Below, piece by piece: positions 58,792-64,000 of a stretch of 64,000 bases of DNA (its first letter is position 1; each line of letters opens with the position of its first letter). The notes under the pieces are model-generated. The model was not told the DNA's origin. It saw nothing but the letters and a program-made list of their open reading frames with translations, and ran no database searches. Source of the DNA: Candidatus Latescibacterota bacterium (lineage in GTDB: Bacteria; Latescibacterota; UBA2968; UBA8231); the NCBI GenBank assembly GCA_965219385.1, contig CBDCNM010000002.1, positions 2,288,936 to 2,352,935 of the forward strand, read 5' to 3'. A program made the translations under genes and the position numbers.

Positions 58792-59753
58792 AGGTGTTGA
58801 TTACTGGAGGGGCGGGTTTCATCGGTTCGCATCTGGCCGAGCGCCATCTGAGCATGGGAGATGAAGTGGCGATTATCGACAATCTCTCTACGGGTAGTAT
58901 CATCAATGTTCAGCACCTTGAGGCCCACAGCGGCTTCAGCTGCGTGATCGACGATGTATTGAACGGCGAGGTGATGCGCAGTCTGGTGGAAGACTGCGAT
59001 TTAATCTATCATCTGGCTGCTGCCGTAGGGGTGGATTTCATCATCGACAACCCCCTTCAGTCCCTGACCACCAATATACGGGGCACGGAGATCGTCCTTG
59101 AATTAGCCAACGAAAAAAAGAAAAAAGTGGTCCTGGCTTCCACATCTGAAATCTACGGCAAAAAAAATGGTCAGGTGCCTTTTAAAGAAGATAGCGACCG
59201 AATTCTAGGACCGACCACGGTAATCCGCTGGAGTTACTCTACCTCCAAGGCCGTAGACGAATTATTTGTCCTGGCGTATTGGCGAGAGAAACGTCTTCCG
59301 TGCGTGATCGTCCGGCCTTTTAATGTGATTGGGCCCCGGCAGACCGGGGACTATGGCATGGTGGTGCCCACCTTCGTCAAGCAAGCGTTACTGGGCCATC
59401 CAATCAGAGTGCATGGAGATGGGTCCCAGCGTCGCTGCTGGACGTATATAGACGATGCTCTGGACGGGCTAGTGGCCCTGGCCCTGAGCGATAAAGCCGT
59501 GGGGGATATCTTCAATCTGGGTTCTCACTTTGAAATGAACATCAAGGATCTGGCCGACAAGATCAGGGAATTGACAGACAGTAGATCCGAAATCCAATAC
59601 ATTCCCTACGAACAGGCCTGGCCCAAGGGCGCTTATGAAGATCTGGTGTACCGCGCCCCGGATCTGGAGAAGATCCGCGCCTGCGTGAACTATGATCCCA
59701 AAGTAGATCTGGAGGAAGCGTTGGTCAGGATCATTCAGTACTACGAACGTTGA
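58788..59753 (+). CDS. NAD-dependent nucleotide-sugar epimerase/dehydratase
   Basis: TGGAGFIGSHL, HLAAAVGV, STSE.YG, YxxSK, GPRQ...YG.V.P.F. Confidence 0.92.
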   Translation: MKVLITGGAGFIGSHLAERHLSMGDEVAIIDNLSTGSIINVQHLEAHSGFSCVIDDVLNGEVMRSLVEDCDLIYHLAAAVGVDFIIDNPLQSLTTNIRGTEIVLELANEKKKKVVLASTSEIYGKKNGQVPFKEDSDRILGPTTVIRWSYSTSKAVDELFVLAYWREKRLPCVIVRPFNVIGPRQTGDYGMVVPTFVKQALLGHPIRVHGDGSQRRCWTYIDDALDGLVALALSDKAVGDIFNLGSHFEMNIKDLADKIRELTDSRSEIQYIPYEQAWPKGAYEDLVYRAPDLEKIRACVNYDPKVDLEEALVRIIQYYER

Positions 59754-59763
59754 GTTGCCGGGC

Positions 59764-59790
59764 AGGCAGTGCCGCCCGGTGCTGCTTTTT
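59764..59790 (+). terminator. Probable intrinsic terminator
   Basis: AGGCAGTGCC-gccc-GGTGCTGCTT (with G-U pairs) followed by a T run. Confidence 0.5.
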
Positions 59791-59814
59791 ACTTCTATCC
59801 TCATAGATTTTCCA

Positions 59815-60312
59815 TCAAGCTACAGCCCGTATCAGACGCGGGATTACAAACCACTGTAGCTGGCCTCTGGCCGCCTGGATACGGGCCCAGCGGGGGACGT
59901 TTAGATGGAGTGCGACCAGGCCGGCCGTGGGCAGGCGCAGCTGGCCGCCGCAAAGCCGTAGAATCCACTCCTCAAGGCCTGGATTGTGGGCCACGACCAG
60001 TGCGGTTTCACAACCGTCGGGGAGTTCGGCGGTCACCTCGGCCAGGGTCTGGGGAGCGGCCAAGTAGAGGCGTTCGTCGAAGAGGATGGTTGGGGCCAAA
60101 CCCATGCCGGCGGCCATGCCTTCGGCCGTCTGGCGAGCGCGCCGGGCCGGGGAGCTCAGGACCTGGTCCGGAATCAGGGCCGTCCCCTGCAGAACGCCGG
60201 CCATGCGGGGCACGTCTTTGTTGCCCCGCTTGTTCAGCGGACGCTCGAAGTCGTTGGCAATATGGGGAGGATAATCCGACTTGGCGTGTCGCATAATCAG
60301 CAAGGTCTTCAT
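59815..60312 (-). CDS. sixA: SixA-type histidine phosphatase
   Basis: MRHAKS, D.ERPL..RG, SSPA.RA.QT, VAHNPG, PTA. Confidence 0.88.
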   Translation of the reverse strand: MKTLLIMRHAKSDYPPHIANDFERPLNKRGNKDVPRMAGVLQGTALIPDQVLSSPARRARQTAEGMAAGMGLAPTILFDERLYLAAPQTLAEVTAELPDGCETALVVAHNPGLEEWILRLCGGQLRLPTAGLVALHLNVPRWARIQAARGQLQWFVIPRLIRAVA

Positions 60313-60398
60313 AATTGTAGTTGCGCCTCTGGGATTAGGGTGGTATTTTTATGCAAAATAACGCGTATTTCACACCTCGTTACAACAGAAAGTAAGGG

Positions 60399-61469
60399 AT
60401 GACCACACAGCCCGTTGAAATCAATCTGAATATAAACCCCCAAAAACGATTTGAGATTATCGATATAGCGCAAAGGCTCAGGGAAGAAACCGACGATGCC
60501 GTGGCCGGCTTCCGCAAGACATTGTACTGCTCTTTTCACACCACAGCCGGGTATCTCGAGCAGGGCGTTTGCGCCCGGTTGGGCCATAGCAGAAAGCAGC
60601 TCGATCCCTTTTTTAAGATGTTCCAGAAGATATTCCCCCCCAATGCCGGCTACTTGCACGACCGCATACAGCTGCGCGACGAACTCAGCGAGAGCGAAAA
60701 GCAACGCGAGCCGATCAACGCGGACTCGCATCTCACCTTCATCAGTGCCGGGCTAAAGAATTGCGTTACGTACCGCAATAAAGCGGACCAGCCGGTCTAC
60801 TTCATAGAACTGGACGGAGTCTACAAAGATCACTACCGGCAACGCCGAACCACGGTGCTGGCCTACGATAAAGCAGAGATGGTGTACCGCGGCAGATTGG
60901 CCATTCCCATGGGCACCGAGCATCTGATCAACTCGTTTAACCTCAAGGATCCGCGCTATGGGTTGTTCGAACAACTGGACGAATGGCTGGATATCTATGG
61001 CATCGAGCAAGGACAAATCGATGTACGGCTGGCCCCGGAAGAGCGCCATGTTGGTCTGATAGTGAACGAGTACGAAACCTTGCTGATGCGCAACGATCTG
61101 CCCCAGGTGCTGGCCGATCCCCTGCGCTACATGGTGCAACGGGGCAAGAGACTACTGCGTCATCCGGGCTCGATCCCGGTCAAAACCCGCAATTATGCCG
61201 CCTTTGATCTGATTCACCTCTACAACGAACTCATGGACACGGTGCCGCTGGGTCGTTCAGTTGTCGATAAGATCCTCTCGGTGTTATCGATGCCTGCCTC
61301 TCGCATTCTGCGGCTGAAGCGGCACATCACCCTGCTGGTTTCCACCAGCGCGGAAACCGGCCCCAAGCGCGTTGTCCAGGGGCCCTACCAGAGCCCCATC
61401 ATGGTACAGCACCAGGCGGCCGACTCTGGTGTTCGCTACCTGGATATCACCCTGCGGCGTTTCAAGTGA
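60399..61469 (+). CDS. Hypothetical protein with YjbQ (UPF0047)-like motifs
   Basis: HTTAG, Y.HD, NADSHL, FIELDG...R; about twice the usual YjbQ length or more. Confidence 0.6.
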   Translation: MTTQPVEINLNINPQKRFEIIDIAQRLREETDDAVAGFRKTLYCSFHTTAGYLEQGVCARLGHSRKQLDPFFKMFQKIFPPNAGYLHDRIQLRDELSESEKQREPINADSHLTFISAGLKNCVTYRNKADQPVYFIELDGVYKDHYRQRRTTVLAYDKAEMVYRGRLAIPMGTEHLINSFNLKDPRYGLFEQLDEWLDIYGIEQGQIDVRLAPEERHVGLIVNEYETLLMRNDLPQVLADPLRYMVQRGKRLLRHPGSIPVKTRNYAAFDLIHLYNELMDTVPLGRSVVDKILSVLSMPASRILRLKRHITLLVSTSAETGPKRVVQGPYQSPIMVQHQAADSGVRYLDITLRRFK

Positions 61470-61485
61470 AGAAAAGACAGGGCGC

Positions 61486-62826
61486 ATGCAGGTAGACCCT
61501 TCTATTTTCAAAGCCTACGACATTCGTGGTATTTATCCGGATCAACTCGATGAAGACGCAGCCTACGCCATAGGCCGCGCCTTTGTCGAATTGCTGCAGA
61601 TGGACGAGGTCGTAGTGGGCCGGGATATGCGGGTTTCGGGTCCACAACTCTTTGCGGCCCTAGTGCGCGGTCTGGCGGATCAGGGGGCGGATATCATCGA
61701 TCTGGGCATGGTCAGCACGGACCAGTACTACTATGCCTGCGCCACCCTGGACAGGGCCGGCCTCATGGTGACGGCTTCCCACAATCCGCCCGCATACAAT
61801 GGTTTCAAGATGGTCCGGCGCATGCCTTATCTCCTCAGCGGCGACGCGGGCATCCAGGACTTGCGCCGTCTGGTCGAAGAGGATGACTTTGCCGCGCCGC
61901 AGGGCAGGGGACAGGTCGCGCACAAGGAGTTGAGTCAGGGGTTTGTCGACAAGGTCCTGGGGCTGGTCAATCCTGCCGAACTCAAGCCCCTCAAGGTGGT
62001 CGCCGACACCGCCAACGGCATGGTAGGCCCCATTCTTCAGCAGGTCTACCAGCGCCTGCCCGTAGACCTGATCGGCATGTACCTGGAGCCGGATGGTCGG
62101 GTACCCAATCACGGACTCGATCCCCTGATGCCCGAAAATCGGGCCGAATTGCAGCAGCGGGTAGTGGCCGAGGGCGCCGATATCGGTTTTGCCTTTGATG
62201 GGGATGGGGACCGGTTTTTTGTCATAGACGATCGGGGCGAATTCATCTCCGGCGATTTCCTCACGGCCCTGATGGGCGGGTACCTGCTGGAAAGGCACCC
62301 CGGCGCCCCTATCGTTTACGATGTGCGGGCTTCATGGGCGGTGCCCGATACCATCCGGGCAACGGGCGGCACGCCGTTGATGGAGCGCGTCGGACATGCC
62401 TTCATGAAAGCGCGCATGGTCAAAGAAAGAGGGTTGTTCGGAGGCGAGGTGACCGGGCACTATTATTTCAGGGATTTTTTCAACGCGGATTCGGGCATTG
62501 TGCCGTCGCTGTTTATGCTGGAAATGCTCTCCCGCAAGGGACAGAGGCTTTCTGAACTACTGGTTGCCTTCGAGAGCAAGTACTTCATCTCCGGGGAGAT
62601 CAACTCCACGGTTGCCGATCCTCTGGAAAAAATACGGGCCCTGGCCGAGTGCTACGGGGACGGCGAGATAGGACGATTGGATGGGATTTCAGTGGACTAC
62701 GGCGACTGGCACTTCAACGTGCGGCCGTCCAATACCGAACCTTTGCTACGCCTGAACCTGGAAGCCAAGAGCAGGGAGTTGATGCAAGAGAAAAGGGACG
62801 AAGTACTGGCCTTTATCCGCTCTTAG
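61486..62826 (+). CDS. Phosphomannomutase/phosphoglucomutase
   Basis: FKAYDIRG, TASHNP..YNG.K, FDGDGDR, GE..GH, R.SNTEP. Confidence 0.95.
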   Translation: MQVDPSIFKAYDIRGIYPDQLDEDAAYAIGRAFVELLQMDEVVVGRDMRVSGPQLFAALVRGLADQGADIIDLGMVSTDQYYYACATLDRAGLMVTASHNPPAYNGFKMVRRMPYLLSGDAGIQDLRRLVEEDDFAAPQGRGQVAHKELSQGFVDKVLGLVNPAELKPLKVVADTANGMVGPILQQVYQRLPVDLIGMYLEPDGRVPNHGLDPLMPENRAELQQRVVAEGADIGFAFDGDGDRFFVIDDRGEFISGDFLTALMGGYLLERHPGAPIVYDVRASWAVPDTIRATGGTPLMERVGHAFMKARMVKERGLFGGEVTGHYYFRDFFNADSGIVPSLFMLEMLSRKGQRLSELLVAFESKYFISGEINSTVADPLEKIRALAECYGDGEIGRLDGISVDYGDWHFNVRPSNTEPLLRLNLEAKSRELMQEKRDEVLAFIRS

Positions 62827-62850
62827 ATGAGATACAGTTGAGGATGTCAG

Positions 62851-62880
62851 AAAGGAGGAAGCCCGGCGCTTCCTCCTTTT
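62851..62880. terminator. Bidirectional intrinsic terminator
   Basis: AAAGGAGGAAGC-ccggc-GCTTCCTCCTTT between convergent genes. Confidence 0.8.
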
Positions 62881-62910
62881 GTTTATTCACCTCGACTAGT
62901 GTTCCCAGAA

Positions 62911-63651
62911 TTAAATTGGCGAAGCACTAGTAGGTGAACCGCCTGGTTTCCGCAGGGTAAATACCATCACGCTACGCAGCCCCGCATAGATGGCTGCCGA
63001 ATTGACAAAGCGTTCGTATAGAAAGCCGATCAGGTACAAAGGCGCTATCAGGCGCAAATAAGTGGGGCGCCCTTCCCACATCTGCAGCTCTTCAACCGCG
63101 AATCCAGTGCGCCGGGCATACCTTCTAACAACTCGTGACGTATTGCACCTGTACAGAGTTGGAAAGGTGTCGTGTTCCTGGCGTCCGAGGAGCACCTTGG
63201 CGAGTCGTTCGTGAAAGGCATGAGGCAGCAAACGGGCCACGATGCCGGCGTAGTGCCATTTGTTGGGTGTTTTTGAGATAAAGAGTCCACCAGGTTTTAA
63301 GATCCTGTATACCTCCGCAAAGCAAACTTCTGGTGCGGGCAGATGCTCCACGACACTGTGGGAGAATGCGAGATCAAAGGTTTCGTCTGCAAAAGGTATT
63401 CGAGCATCGGGCAGTTGCAGGATCTTTGCTTCATCGAGAAAGGGGTTTCCAAGCACATCTTCATCGACATCTATACCTGCCACTAATTTTGTTTTTCCTT
63501 TGAAGTTCATGGCTGCGAGACGACCGCGTCCTGCCCCGTAGTCCAGGACGCAATCATCTGGATTTATCCGGTTTTCAAGCAGCCTTCCGAATTGCTCTAT
63601 ATACCCCAGATGATTCGGATACAGGGTTTTGTCCATCCACTCCCTTATCAT
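62911..63651 (-). CDS. Class I SAM-dependent methyltransferase
   Basis: VLDYGAGRG, PF.DE.FD, VVEHL, RILKPGG, TPN; visibly AT-richer than its neighbours. Confidence 0.88.
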   Translation of the reverse strand: MIREWMDKTLYPNHLGYIEQFGRLLENRINPDDCVLDYGAGRGRLAAMNFKGKTKLVAGIDVDEDVLGNPFLDEAKILQLPDARIPFADETFDLAFSHSVVEHLPAPEVCFAEVYRILKPGGLFISKTPNKWHYAGIVARLLPHAFHERLAKVLLGRQEHDTFPTLYRCNTSRVVRRYARRTGFAVEELQMWEGRPTYLRLIAPLYLIGFLYERFVNSAAIYAGLRSVMVFTLRKPGGSPTSASPI

Positions 63652-63768
63652 AAATTCGCGCGTTCTTTGCGTTTATATCCCCTGGCTACTATATTTATAT
63701 TTTTTGCTGGTACACGGTAAATACCCACAAAAGAAGGTTTGACAGGCTGATTCAGTTCCAGGATTGAA

Positions 63769-64000
63769 ATGTCTCTTCTCACCCAACCAGAAACCCTCAG
63801 ACTGGAGATAGACCGCCGCTGGTTCATCCTCTGCCTCCTTCTGCAAATCGCGGTTCTGAGCGCCTTTCTGACGGACTCCTTCAAGCTTCTCTTAGTGGCG
63901 GCAATCGGAATCACCGCCGGCCTGTTCGCGGTCCTGATGTTGATCTATCCATGGCTACTGGTGCCGGTTATTCTGGGGACTACAGCTCTGGACAGCACCG
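63769..64000 (+). CDS. Membrane protein, 3' end outside window (possibly O-antigen ligase-like)
   Basis: AGGA RBS, open frame MSLLTQPE... with consecutive hydrophobic helices. Confidence 0.55.
   Translation, partial: MSLLTQPETLRLEIDRRWFILCLLLQIAVLSAFLTDSFKLLLVAAIGITAGLFAVLMLIYPWLLVPVILGTTALDST

Noticed and set aside
1..64000. CRISPR array, tRNA, rRNA, transposase or integrase
   Set aside because: No spaced repeats, cloverleaf or recombinase motifs seen on reading; small elements could have been missed without tools

Overview
GC-rich bacterial window with four parts. (1) 1-5.1 kb: the 3' end of a defence locus, where an ABC/AAA ATPase + HNH nuclease pair (Septu/PtuAB-like) abuts a type I restriction subunit HsdR that carries an intact C-terminal LexA-type S24 self-cleavage domain. 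(2) 5.1-21 kb: a mosaic, partly decayed accessory region (DoxX, S55 peptidase lipoprotein, PhyH dioxygenase, damaged cation antiporter, enolase-family dehydratase, Kelch protein, DUF1080, ppk2, gene fragments and frameshifts). (3) 21-48 kb: envelope genes, then a long aromatic-amino-acid gene cluster (trpEG, trpG, trpD, trpC, trpS, chorismate mutase, tyrA, aroA-like, aroE, argS, aroK, aroB) preceded by a candidate attenuator with a Phe/Tyr/Trp-rich leader peptide; its AroA is full length but lacks the catalytic motifs. rimO follows, and an ORF-less, internally deleted group II intron sits in the predicted -10 box of a promoter. (4) 48-64 kb: surface polysaccharide genes. No CRISPR array, tRNA or rRNA was seen. 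All calls come from reading motifs by eye; no database search was run.
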